From positions 284,262-348,261 of the forward strand of contig NMRA01000469.1 of assembly GCA_002633005.1 (NCBI GenBank): a DNA stretch of 64,000 nucleotides. Reading direction: 5' to 3'. The notes beneath the pieces are model-generated. The model had not been told where the DNA came from. It saw only the letters and a list, made by a program, of their open reading frames with translations, and did no database searches. The DNA is from Phoronis australis. Taxonomy: Eukaryota > Animalia > Phoronida. Each line of letters begins with the position of its first letter. Position 1 is the stretch's first letter. Position numbers and translations under genes: made by a program. Positions 52,019 to 64,000 of this stretch are shown here, one piece after another.

Positions 52019-52205
52019 CTGAAACCAGACAATAGTACAAGAAAATTATTAGTAAAGCAATTACCAAAATGAACCTATTTCAACTATGCACACAACAAAT
52101 GCTATGTCTTTTTAGTCTGTGTTACAATATTTCTACTTTTCAAACCAAGTCTTCTAAAGATGGGACAAGAGTGTAACTAAACATTGTAGTCATTTTGATA
52201 GAATA

Positions 52206-52318
52206 GTATAACATTACAATACGTATAACATTACAATACATATAACATTACAATACGTATAACATTACAATACGTGTAACATTGCAATACGTATAACATT
52301 ACAATACGTACAACATTA
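52206..52318. repeat. Minisatellite, 17-bp unit x about 6.5
   Basis: gtataacattacaatac in tandem. Confidence 0.93.
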
Positions 52319-53356
52319 TCAGGATGAAAGTGAAAGAATTCGTGAATGGATATTGAACAGAATAGAAGAAATGTCCTGATATTTATATAATAGCTGGCTG
52401 GTTAGACATAGTATTACTCATCCAGCCAGCTAGACCTTGATATTTCACAGCATACGGGTTCAGATAGTTTGCTTGTGAACTTGTTCTCAAACTTCTATCA
52501 ACAAGCTAATGGGAGTGCATTCAAAATCTGGGAGTGAAGAAAGTTCACCTCGCCCGTTACAGCCATTTAAGTCAAAACAATCCAATCAATACCATTTTCT
52601 TATACAATTCTCTGCATTTTGCAACAAAGAGATGTCTATCGTCATTTTGAAAACAGTACGCTCGCGACAGTCAGACACGTGCACACGCCATTTCCTAAAT
52701 TCTTTGCAACATTTGATCAATGTCATTTTCTTGCATAATTCTTTGGTTTTTGTCATAAGGAAAAGTCTGTTGTCAACTTCAAAACAGTAAGCTTGTGACA
52801 CAAGCCAATTGCCTAATTTTTTTGTGACAACTTTCGCAAGATGATGACAGCTTTACTGAATCACTAATAATCTTTATGTGAAAATCTTTCGAGAAATGAT
52901 ATCTATGTTGCTGAAGCAACAAATGCTCAAAAAATCAGTTTGCTAGAACAGATGTTAAAGCTTTAAACTACAAAAAAACATATATTTAAACAAAAAACAA
53001 TTTCGATGATTTGCTGTGGCATATACACAATGTTGTAGAACACTTGAATGAAGAATGAACAGAGGCTGTATTTGAAGGTGCTGAAGCCAACCCAATGCAT
53101 AACACCATTCTACATCCATAGCATTGAACCAACACTAACCAACAGCAGAATAACCGGTAGCCAGTTACCTACCTGTATGAACACTATAGCCAAAATACAG
53201 CTAGGAACCACTGTGTGCTAAGCTCCGATAGACCTCAGAATTTCACACAACCCAGGTAGTTCTGCTCATTACCTCGTCAAGAAACTAATATCAACAGCTA
53301 GAGCTAACGAGGGGGTGCATGCATAATCTGGGAGTCAACAGACACTCACCTTGCCA

Positions 53357-55835
53357 ATGCAGACAATCAGACGTGAGTGTAAAATTTTGAGAGATGAGTA
53401 GCTAAAATTTCGGCACTTAGATTGCAAAACCTTGAGGGAGTATTGTCATAGCCTGTTGCTTTACTGGGGTTCAGTTTCTTCAGTTCATCCAGGACGTCTG
53501 AGCATTTGACATAATTAAAAGTGAAAGCCACACCTTGAGCCTGAGTCGACAATATCTTTTCAATTTCCTATATGCTTGAGTGATCTGGTGAATTCTGGGT
53601 AAAGTCTCTGTCTGAATGGTGACTCCTAACACTTGAGAAATAGGATGAAAAGGTGTTTGCAATTTCATCAAGGCAAGCGACATCATCCCGATCCAGTTAG
53701 TTTGACTTCTGTATCTTTTCTAAAATCGCTTTTGAAAAACTCTATGGTTGACCAAAGAGTTCTTGGGTTACCGGTTACATCACAACTAGTATGAAAATAA
53801 TTTGTCATGGATTTGCCCTTTACCTGATTTCATTGTTGTCTAAAGATTTCCCAGTTTCTCTTGTAGGGAAACTTGTTTTGCTTTCCACTTAGCATAGATT
53901 TAACATTTATTGCTTTCCTGAGCTACCCATTCATGTATGGAATTTGTGACTTTTTATTTTCTTTTTAATAGGTGCATGGTCATTTACTTCACGGAAAAGC
54001 TCTGTTTGAAACAACAGACCATCATCAAGGTAATCGAAGACAGAGGCAACATGAAAGACAAGGCTCGCACTAGCCTCTCACCATTGGCGAATTCTGAGCA
54101 GCACTGGCAATGGTAGAGCTGAGACCATTCGCCAACTAGGCAAATGCTTTCGCAAATTTACAATAAATATTAATTTTGGTAACCTACTCTCGTGTTGACT
54201 CACAGTCAGCTCGAATCAAGTTGCGCTATCAACAACATTCTTACTTAAATTTGAAGTCCTAACCTAAGAAGCACTCTTAGTAATGGCGATTTCTCGCTTC
54301 ATAGCGAGATCTCGCGTGGGTGCTGCTGCTTGTCGTCTGCAAGTGACCATGACAAAACAACAAATAGAAGACTCAGTCTCTCAAGAACTTTTTACACTCA
54401 CGACGTGGTAGAGATGGTCAGACAGTATTAAATTACCCCGTAAATAAAACTGAACTGAGTTGAGCTGTCTACAACATAACTCAAGGTTTAAATTTAAGAT
54501 TTTCCTATTACATGAATCTTTTCTAATTCATTGCCAATTTTACCAATTTTCATCGCACAATTTGTCGTGTCAAATATTGTTCGAGACTTGACACTGACAA
54601 GCTTTCTTTTCAAGGAGTGAAAGGCACGGACGACGCCAGGAAGAACGAGTTTGTTATCTATTTTTAAATGAAAAACGTCACATGTCACACCTAGTCAGCT
54701 AGTTAAATGTCGCAAGTGTAAAAACAGGGCTCTCAATTAAACTGTCATGAAATCTGTGACATTCATGATACATATATGATTCTTAGTATGTTAGTTTGAT
54801 AGTGTTATTACTTATTGATATTATTTCTTTGCAAGCCAATTGTTTTTGTTTATAGAAACTTGTTTTGGCTGTTAGCTGAGTCAGCGACCAACCCATCCGG
54901 TGCATCCACACGTTTTGATGATCTCTGTAGTAAACAAGATTGCGTAATGGTCATTCACAGAAACATTGCCTAAAGACAGCTGACCATTACCATATATGGC
55001 AAACACAACAGAGTAGTTCAGATGATTGTTGTGAAAGTTTTAGAGTTGCTTCCTGTTATTTTCCTGTAGAATATTGAATCATAAAGTTTAGTGCATGCAA
55101 CCCACATATTTGTGACTTGTATATAAATCCGTTCACTTGTCTAATAAAGACAGTCCTCATCTTGCTACTGCCAGTTGCTTTACTAGTGTAATTGAGTGTT
55201 CCACACTTAGTTACTGAATACNTCGTAGCCTGTTGTTGTATTCGGGTTCAGTTTCTTCAGTTCATCCAGGACGTCTGAGCATTTGACATAATTAAAAATG
55301 AAAGCCACACCTTGAGCCCGAGTCGACAATATCTTTTCAATTTCCTATATGCTTGAATGATCTGGTGAATTCTGGGTAAAGTCTCTGTCTGAATGGTGAC
55401 TCCTAACACTTGAGAAATAGGATGAAAAGGTGTTTGCAATTTCATCAAGGCAAGTGACACCATCCCGATCCAGTTAGTTTGACTTCTGTATCTTTTCTAA
55501 AATCGCTTTTGAAAAACTCTACGGTTGACCAAAGAGTTCTTGGGTTACCGGTTACATCAAAACTAGTATGAAAATAATTTGTCATGGATTTTCCCTTTAC
55601 CTGATTTCATTGTTGTCTAAAGATTTCCCAGTTTCTCTCGTAGGGAAACTTGTTTTGCTTTCCACTTAGCATAGATTTAACGTTTATTGCTTTCCTGAGC
55701 TACCCATTCATGTATAGAATTTGTGACTTTTTATTTTCTTTTTAATAGGTGCATGGTCATTTACTTCACCGAAAAGCTCTGTTTGAAACAACAGACCATC
55801 ATCAAGGTAATCGAAGACAGAGGCAATATGAAAGA
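53357..55835 (-). mobile_element. Decayed LINE ORF2 fragments (pre-RT region), interrupted and partly duplicated
   Basis: ELKKLNPSKATGYDNTPSR (K..G.D..P motif that precedes the RT domain) and IPYMNG*LRKAINVK, with many frameshifts. Confidence 0.7.
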
Positions 55836-58085
55836 CTAGGCTCGCACTAGCCGCTCACCATTGGCGAATTCTGAGCGGCACTGGCAATGGTAGAGCTAAG
55901 ACCATTCGCCAACTAGGCAAATGCTTTCGCAACTTTACAATAAATATTAATTTTGGTAACCTACTCTCGTGTTGACTCACAGTCAGCTCGAATCAAGTTG
56001 CGCTATCAACAACATTCTTACTTAAATTCGAAGTCCTAACCTAAGAAGCACTCTTAGTAATGGCGATTTCTCGCTTCATAGCGAGATCTCGCGTGGGTGC
56101 TGCTGCTTGTCGTCTGCAAGTGACCATGACAAAACAACAAATAGAAGACTCAGTCTCTCAATAACTTTTTACACTCACGACGGGGTAGAGATGGTCAGAC
56201 AGTATTAAATTACCCCGTAAATAAAACTGAACTGAGTTGAGCTGTCTACAACATAATTCAAGGTTTAAATTTAAGATTTTCCTATTACATGAATCTTTTC
56301 TAATTCATTGCCAATTTTACCAATTTTCATCGCACAATTTGTCGTGTCAAATATTGTTTGAGACTTGACACTGACAAGCTTTCTTTTCAAGGAGTGAAAG
56401 GCACGGACGAAGCCAGGAAGAACGAGTTTGTTATCTATTTTTAAATGAAAAACATCACATGTCACACCTAGTCAGCTTGTTAAATGTCGCAAGTGTAAAA
56501 ACAGGGCTCTCAATTAAACGAGAGCAAAAGTACCTGTGCTGCCTAAGTCTGGCTAAGTGCGGAAAATTTGAAAACGTGGAATTAGAAGTTGGTTTCATCA
56601 GTGCCCATTTTTAAATGATCTATTATCATAGACAGTGATAATTAAGATAAACTTTTATGTAATGTCTCCGCAACTCACAGGCATTAAGTCAGGCATTTGT
56701 TTACGGATTAAGTAGTCGCAGTTTTTCTCCTAGCAGCTGAGTGTGGAGTTGTCGATGTCGTGACACTCCGTGGCAATTACTGTACTGTCCCTTGACTTCT
56801 TCACCTCAACCCGACAAAGGACTGATGTGTGGGCTTTTTGGGAACATTTTTGTGCTCTGACCGCGAATTTGTTGCGAACTCGCTGGAGCAGGACACCGTG
56901 AATGGTATTAGAAGCAAGAACAATTGCTAATAGGATAAGTTCTGCTGACTGTCCTCCAATGTTTTCCTGAAGAAGACAACTTGGGAATGGGAATGTTAAG
57001 GACACAATATTTTCCTGGCACTTGATTGGCTGTTCTGATCATTTTGTGCTGACACCTGGTGGCTAACATCTTAGTTGAGGCTATTTTTTAAAATCAAAAT
57101 TCTTACTAAATGTGCAAGTGTATTCTTGTGAACTTTTTTGAAATTGACTTTTGAACATCTGTAGATGGGTTTAATGCAAAATTCCCATTGCCCCCCAAAA
57201 GTAGCCACAGAGGTGAAACATAGGAGAGCTGGGACTATGGCTTACTGCGGCACTAGTTGGTCCCGTTGTTAGCATGCAAGCCATCCTGGCAGACGATCGT
57301 GACTTAGAAATGGACGTCTCATTTTTTTATCGTATAAGACAGCAAAGGTGAAAATGACAACCCCATTAATCGCCAAACGACGGCTACGTCTTTACTTTCA
57401 ACAAAGTAGATTTTGAGTGGCCAAGAAATTCTAAAACCCGTTTACTGTTTCTGGGACTACGTGTGCGAAATATGGTTTCCTTTCACACATTGTTGCCAGC
57501 TTAAAGCTACTCCAGTGATTCAAGTGCGTGAACTTACACATGCCCACCACTCCAAAGCTGCACATCAAAAGAGAACAGCGACACTCCTAAATGAAAGAGT
57601 ATACCAGCTTGGCTCTGTTAAGCATTCAAGTGCCAGTGGTTTATTTGAAAATGAACTAAATAGATTCCAGGCAGTTATAAAAGACCCGATGCTTTATGGT
57701 ATTCCCCGGGATCGATATAAACCAGAAGTGACATTTTCTTGTTCAGATGTTTCCTGGAGTCGATGTTCCCTAAACCCAATATTCTATGCCTGTAGCCAGC
57801 TTTTGCAACATGTACCAAACGAGTAGATGTGAAATTGTGGAAAGTGAACTTTTTGTTCTTCTCTTCATACACCCCCGGCAATCTTTCACTCCCCGGACCA
57901 CCGTCGGCATAAAATGTTCAGACTCCAATAGACACAATCTTAATAATTGTTCCAGTTGAAGCAGGCAATGGGGCTATTCGGAGAATTCTCCTCGCGGTGT
58001 CGCTGCTGTACTAGTGGTGATTAAATTGCGCATGCGTGGCTGTCTGCATGTAAACAACTGGTAAAAGATGGAATTTTTATCAAAA

Positions 58086-59000
58086 TACGTCGTCGCGCTA
58101 AGCCTTATTACTGCTAATTTCCCTGGTGCAAGTCTTCGACAGGTGGCCACAAATTCCCAAAAGACCTAAGGTTACTATATTCGTGGACAATTGTGGTCAA
58201 CAGGGTCAACTAACTGACAAAAAGTGTGTGGATGCTGAAGCCCCGTGTGTGCTCTATGTCTATGACTATGCAGTTCCATTCGGAGACTACACAACATTAC
58301 TTGGTAAGTTTTTAGCAATCAGTTTCTATCAACATCGTTCGGTGATGTTATCCCCACCAGTTACCCCACTGAATAACAGTTTTATTGAGTGGAACTAAGT
58401 GTTTCTTTTTGGAAACTCACCCGATGCCGGGTAGGCTAGCAGCACATATTCATATTGTCCTGGGTGGGAGTGCTCCCAAAATAAGAGGTGTATGGTACGT
58501 GATGCACAGAAGTCAAGAGTGACTTTTTCACAGCAGTTTCTCTTCAAAACTATGCTGTTTCCAATAAAATTCTCTAGATGAGTGAGTTTCCTTATTTTAT
58601 CGTGGACCCCACCCCCAGGACCACCAGCTCAGTTATCGAATTAACATGAATAAGCCTTAATTCAGTAAATGTCGTAACATTGCATTGGAAAAAAATTGAC
58701 ACCTAGAATGAATTTTACTTGTTGAGATCAGAAGCACATTTTAAGTGTCATGAAAAATACACATTGTTAAATCACTTTTAGCCTGTTTCACATATTTTAA
58801 TTCAGATATTAAATAAGACTTGGGTACAAAGGTTATTAGTTTCTACACATAAACATGAAGATGAAATGTCAAGTATGTTCTGCCTTACAAAAGTAGTTTT
58901 GTCTTGTCTTTTCTTTTACAATTTGCTAATATTTCTATTCTGTTACAGGCAAGAAAAAACAACTGAAACCAACCGCCTGACCATCTATTTCACCGTTGGA
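58086..59000 (+). pseudogene. Spliced THAP-domain remnant (intron 58304-58948)
   Basis: YYC*FPWCKSSTGGHKFPKDLRLLYSW...RVCS / DYTTLLG|KKKQLKPTA*PSI; gtaagt donor and ttacag acceptor. Confidence 0.75.
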
Positions 59001-59349
59001 CAAAGTGAAAAGCAATCCTTCAGCAATAACCTGAGAGAATTGAACGTAATTCAGAAATTCAGCACCTGATATGCCTGATTATGGACTCCCTCGCAATGTT
59101 GTTTCTTTCTGTGCTTTTTCAGTTTGCCATTTGTTTTTAAATACACTGATAATTGTTTATTCTCGAATCTTGTGCATAGCAGCTAGCTACAATTGAAAAC
59201 ATACAATAAGACAATCGATGCAGTCACTGAATGTCATTTCCCCATAATCTGTACCAAATTGAAAAGTTTTTACCAATAGTATAAAGCCTTTCTTCTGAAA
59301 GGAAAATTTAATGTCACTCAGCTTTTGGCTTTCATTTCACTGGGTTCTA

Positions 59350-59860
59350 GTTTCAATGGCCTATAGAAGCGCTTGTAAAAAAGGTCCAGTTTCAACACGT
59401 GGCTTTCTTTCATGTAACCTCATTCAGCCTCAATAACATCCACAATTAGACCCTTGAAGGTAAACACAGCAGCATATCACTTGAATCGTTTTGAGCCCAA
59501 AATCAGACTCTGAACTAGACCAGAGTGTGACTAGGTCTTCTTTAGCTTCAGTCCCTCATGTTTCTTCCAGGAAAGGAAATAAGCTATTGTCCACACATGA
59601 CTCATTGCCTATGAAAGGGCATCCTCACCAACAAGGCTTATTTGTGTAGCAGTCAGATATAGTTCATCTGGATACACAGACACTCCACTGGCACATTGTC
59701 TTATGGTAACTTAGTACTGCGATTCACATTTCTCCAGGGCCACTGACTTGCACATTGTGCCATGCAGCACTGCTGGTGTGTGGAAGTGCTGTGGGAAGAG
59801 AACGGAGTAACAAAGCTTGTCTATGATACAGCTTGAAGTGGCCTTAAAATGTCACTGAAC
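59350..59860 (-). pseudogene. YqaJ/lambda-exonuclease-like remnant
   Basis: One frame with stops: TPAVLHG...VSVYPDELYLTAT...LVG...LKLKKT...VQ...VFTFKGLIV...KLDLFYKRFYRP. Confidence 0.7.
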
Positions 59861-60954
59861 CTGGAACAAATATTGAAATATGAATAATTAAGTACTCCAG
59901 ATTGGATCAAAAATGTTATCCCTGTTTTTCAAAAATATATGGTGATTGGTCTACAGTTTCACATAAAAGTAAATAATTACTATTTTCAGAAACCAAGGGT
60001 GTATATAATGAGTATTGCATAAAACTGTGTCTTTATTTTTTATCCCTAGCCATAACAATTCTTTAAACGCATCACTTGTCTGTAAAATATACAAGTTTTT
60101 TGAGACAACTTCAAACCTTTGTTACCCATTTTCAAGCCTTTTTAATTTTGATACTTTCAGCAATTTTAAACTCAGATTACAGGTTCATGGGTCTGTCAAG
60201 CATACTTCTAGCCTAAGGTTGAGGGAACCGTTTTTCTTCTAATAGAAGATATGAAGACTTGGGTCATTTAAAAATGATGGATAATCTTTCTGTTGTTTAA
60301 GAGTAATTACAAATCGTAAGGCACCACCAAAAATGCAATTTTCACAAAAATGGCAGTCATTTGAATTTATAACGACTTGCAACAATTCAAGGCATGAGTT
60401 AAGACTATTCAGTCACTGTGAATTCGGAAAATGTAATATATTTTCGTGGTTTTACAATTGATACAAGTAGCAAAACAGCATATCTCCTCTGCACGGTACA
60501 AGCCTTCAAACCTAAAAACCAAAGGTTACGTGAAAACTGACGTGATAGATTTCCATTTCAACGTGTAACAGATTGCCAGAAGACATATGATAGGGAGTAA
60601 ACAAATAGTCTAATGCAATGGATATTTATCACTCACGTACCCTTTACCATTGGGATTGGATTGTAATCTTAACTCATTAACCTGTATCGAGTTGACAGCA
60701 TAAACATTCAGCATTGATTGATGTAACTATCACTGATAAACTTTTAGAAATCATTCCAAACAATAATAATGCTTTGATGTACGAAAGATCCCGATTGCTA
60801 CGTCAAGTATCGTATCACATATCACAACATATAAAGATTAACCAGACTCTGGCTGGCGACTGACTGCCACGAAGTCGATATCGGCGAGTGCCTCAGTTAA
60901 CAGACATCGGTAGAATAATCATGGAATAATCGTAAAAATAATCACAAACCTTAC

Positions 60955-61030
60955 CTTTGTATGAGGTCGTGTTTACTTCCTCTCATAGAAGCACCCTTTT
61001 TACGCAATCTCAGATTCAGTTGGCACGGCT
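60955..61030 (-). pseudogene. SAP-domain first-exon remnant of the ISL2EU second gene
   Basis: QLNLRLRKKGASMRGSKHDLIQ followed by a gtaagg donor. Confidence 0.65.
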
Positions 61031-62101
61031 GCAAGCCATTTCACCATGTATTTAAAGGGCTCGCGAAATCGAGGCTGTTAATCTATCACCACTAGTACAC
61101 GCACGCCCTCTAGTTATTGTAGATTTTCCGAATAGCCCCATTAAAAACAGGTGGCTAAAAAGGTACAGTGTAGGTGGTAACGATACCCAGTCACCCCTAC
61201 TAGGTGGAGTTTGCCTAGAAAAATCACACTATAGTAATGTTTCCTACCATTGCACTCTTTAAATATCTTATTACGGCAAACACTCAGTTTAACGACTATG
61301 CTCACGAATGCGCCTACTCATTTTGTGACTGACCTATTTTCCCATACACGGAAGGTATTGAGGAGCAAACTCGAATTAGGTCTACTTGATGGAAACCAGC
61401 GCGTAGTCGGGAAATATTTCAAGGCTATTCATTTTATGAAAACTAATTGTTGAGTACGCAAACAGCACAAGCCCCACATTTTTGTAGTGAAATTTGCACT
61501 GAATTGTTCTCGCGCATCCCAATATGTCATTCGGTTCGGGCATCATTTCATGGATTTTTTTCTACAGATGTTTCTCAAACATCGAGTCAGATTGCAAAAA
61601 TTGGGCTGCAAACAAAAAAATAGAGGGAGTTTGCACTCCAAGCTAGTTTGGACCTCTAATGACCTTGATGACAGCTATATAGCAGGTCACACCTAGAAAC
61701 ATTGCGGATAACTTTTTCAACACACATTTTCTCCCTTTTCACATAGCAAATTTAGCTACTAGAATGTTCGAGTCAGTTAGAGAGCACTGATTCAACTTTC
61801 ACGTCGGCAACTAGCCTTGCGCTCTAGGGCCTTTCAATGGCGGTCTTGAAGAACAGTAAAGCCGTACCTGCATGAACGAACTCAATTATGCGACCTGAAA
61901 TTTGTGAATGTTTAATGCAGCAGGTAAGAGCATAATCTAAACATTTTGTTTATGATATGAAAAATCCATTTTGGTACGGAAAATGGCAGGAAAATTTTGC
62001 GACCTGGCATTTATGAATGCGAGCTGGATTTTGAAACTGCGACCTGGGATTTTGGCTAGGTCACAAAATGCGACCTGGTGATTTTAATAGCGTCGAGCCC
62101 T

Positions 62102-62943
62102 TAAACGCACGTTTTTAATGACTTTCACTCCTGATACCAAAATGGAAGCACCCAACCAAAGGCAAGAGCGCAAAAAAATCAACTTGTCATTTGCGAAAGT
62201 CGAACAGTCTGTCCATGCTCAACGTGGTCAAAAACTTACTTTTTGAACTTTTGCTTTGCCTGATGACTTTTTACAAGATGTGTTTTTGCTTCATTAATTT
62301 GCCGGCTGACCGAGTGCCCCTTTGCCTAATAGTAAATATCATCCGATTGTTGAGCACGTGCTTTGCTCAACAGCGGTGTTGGCTTTGAGGTCAAAAAGAA
62401 ATATACAATGTATATAAAATAGTACACTGTTCAAAGTATTCAATAAGAAGACCTGTTAATCATTAGCACATGCTTGGTTGCTTAAGTGTCCAGCAGGAAG
62501 CAAATCTTTACACAATCAAGTGCTTCCCTTAAAAATACACTGCGAACTAATGGAGTCTTGTTTGATCAGTCTTTACCCTCAAGAAACTTGCCCTAATGAA
62601 CACACGCCTACCTGTAGGAATACCTTAGTTCTAAGAGATGAGTAGCAGCGACCGAGATACGTAAAAACCCAATCATGCTCAGGATCATGACGCCACTGTA
62701 TCGTGTGCGCAGGCCGTCGAAGTCCGTTACTTCAATCCCCCGACCAATATTTTAACTGATATGCTTGAAGTCCGACGTCAGTGTAGCTCCATCAAGGTAA
62801 AATCGGTCCTCCGTGTAGTAAGCAACAATTCCGGACTTTTGAAAAATTTCGGTCTTAACCGTCCATGCTCGGCTTACCGCGCACACCTTGTTTTTTAGAT
62901 TCCCAATTTAAGTGCCCTGGGCGGTAAACGCGGACGAGTACGG
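62102..62943. mobile_element. Second, 5'-truncated copy of the 47179-48442 element
   Basis: Colinear with 47706-48442 and ends CGGACGAGTACGG|TA. Confidence 0.85.
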
Positions 62944-63172
62944 TAAGTCAAATTTCAATCATTTGCTGGTCAACACACTTTGACACTTGACTGTCACAAT
63001 TTATGATTTACTTATAACAGTGCGCATGCGCAAAGCTGAGAGGTCGACCATCGGAATTCTGTGTTATTGTCATCTCTATTTCATTGCACAAGTGTTTTAT
63101 AAGTGTTAAGTTTTTGATTCAACTCTGTTGTTTATTCTCGTGTGATTCTCACTGTGCTGTAAAACGTGTGAA

Positions 63173-63829
63173 ATGCCACAGAAGAAATCTTCAGTCTCGG
63201 TGTCAGATGACGAGGTGTCTTTGGACAAAGTTATGGCGGCCATTACAAAACTCACGAGCAAAGTAGATGAAAACCACCGCAAGTTGGGTCAAGCTATTGA
63301 AGACTCGAAAGTTCTCCTGCTGGGTCACCTCAATGCTGTCAAAGATGATATAACAATGGATATCAACCAGCTGAGAGGTAGGATTGAGGTTCTTGAGTGT
63401 AACGGTAAACAGACTGTTGAATATGAAGGCAAGACTGTTGTGATATTTAACGTGCCTTACAATGATAACGTAAGCGTTGATGCTTTGGTCAAAGACATTG
63501 TAGCCGAGATGGGTCATCCTGTGAACATTATAAGACCTAAACGATTGCCGAGTCGAGTCACCAGTAAGCCAGGCCTGATTAAAGCTGAACTGAACACACA
63601 AGAAGAGAAAATAGCGATTCTTCGCAAGAAAGGAAAGCTCAAAGACTCTGTTTTGTATAGCAGGGTATATATCCGTGCTTCAAGATCCCACACTGAGAGG
63701 TTGCTTGAATTAAACTGCAAACAGCTACTAAAAATGATTCCGGACGGGAATGATTACAGATTCAATGGCAGTGGTCGGTTGGTGAGAAAAACAGCAGAAA
63801 ATATCCTGAATGATGAAAGGAATGCATAG
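63173..63829 (+). CDS. LINE ORF1-like protein (218 aa; coiled coil plus RRM-like region)
   Basis: Intact ORF with RLPSR..KPGLIK.EL...EEKI.ILR.K.KLK.....RVYIR, directly upstream of an APE endonuclease start. Confidence 0.8.
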   Translation: MPQKKSSVSVSDDEVSLDKVMAAITKLTSKVDENHRKLGQAIEDSKVLLLGHLNAVKDDITMDINQLRGRIEVLECNGKQTVEYEGKTVVIFNVPYNDNVSVDALVKDIVAEMGHPVNIIRPKRLPSRVTSKPGLIKAELNTQEEKIAILRKKGKLKDSVLYSRVYIRASRSHTERLLELNCKQLLKMIPDGNDYRFNGSGRLVRKTAENILNDERNA

Positions 63830-64000
63830 GAAAGAGAGTCGGCCAGAATTACAGGGAAGCTCAGAGTCTGTTCCTGGAATGTAAATGGTTGGACATCCTA
63901 CAACAAAAGTCTGAGAGAGAAAGCAATTCGTGGGTCCGAAGCAGACATTTTCTGTATCATTGAAACCCACTTGGCTAAAACTGCTGGTATTTTTGTAGAT
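63830..64000 (+). CDS. LINE ORF2 N-terminus (APE endonuclease), runs off the window
   Basis: LRVCSWNVNGW...ADIFCIIETHL in the ORF1 frame after TAG; no ATG. Confidence 0.85.

Larger units (their letters stand above)
57970..61139. mobile_element. Decayed ISL2EU-type DNA transposon
   Basis: AT|GGGCTATTCGGA ... TCCGAATAGCCCC|AT, plus inner tgtactagtggtgat/atcaccactagtaca. Contains convergent THAP and SAP/YqaJ remnants. Confidence 0.8.

Noticed and set aside
53450-56519. Direct repeats of about 1.3 kb, 1777 bp apart, resembling LTRs
   Set aside because: No TG..CA ends, PBS or gag-pol; the content is LINE debris and the second copy starts at a single N (55222), so probably an allelic assembly duplication.
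58126-58398. IFVDNCG resembling a Sola-type DNC.GQNK transposase motif
   Set aside because: An alternative frame gives a much better THAP domain match.

Overview
Eukaryotic draft-assembly window, most likely from an invertebrate animal (spliced GT-AG genes, two N-gaps, several single-N joins). It holds two convergent host genes. A complete 5-exon C1orf50/DUF2452 homolog lies on + (20119-31753, about 205 aa). Eleven coding exons of an MBOAT lysophospholipid acyltransferase (LPCAT3/MBOAT5-like) lie on - (52018-35724); I could not find its first coding exon. The rest is mostly decayed transposons: a Kolobok-like element with a THAP remnant, a 7-bp-TSD P-like element, a 5-bp-TSD CAC...GTG Transib-like element, a DD37D maT transposase, an ISL2EU element with THAP and SAP/YqaJ remnants, Helentron/DINE-like elements carrying repeated CTCF-like motifs, pogo-like and hAT MITEs, LINE fragments and minisatellites. 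The window ends in the 5' part of a LINE whose endonuclease ORF follows the ORF1 TAG in frame with no ATG. I found no rRNA, tRNA or CRISPR. All calls were made by eye, with no database searches.
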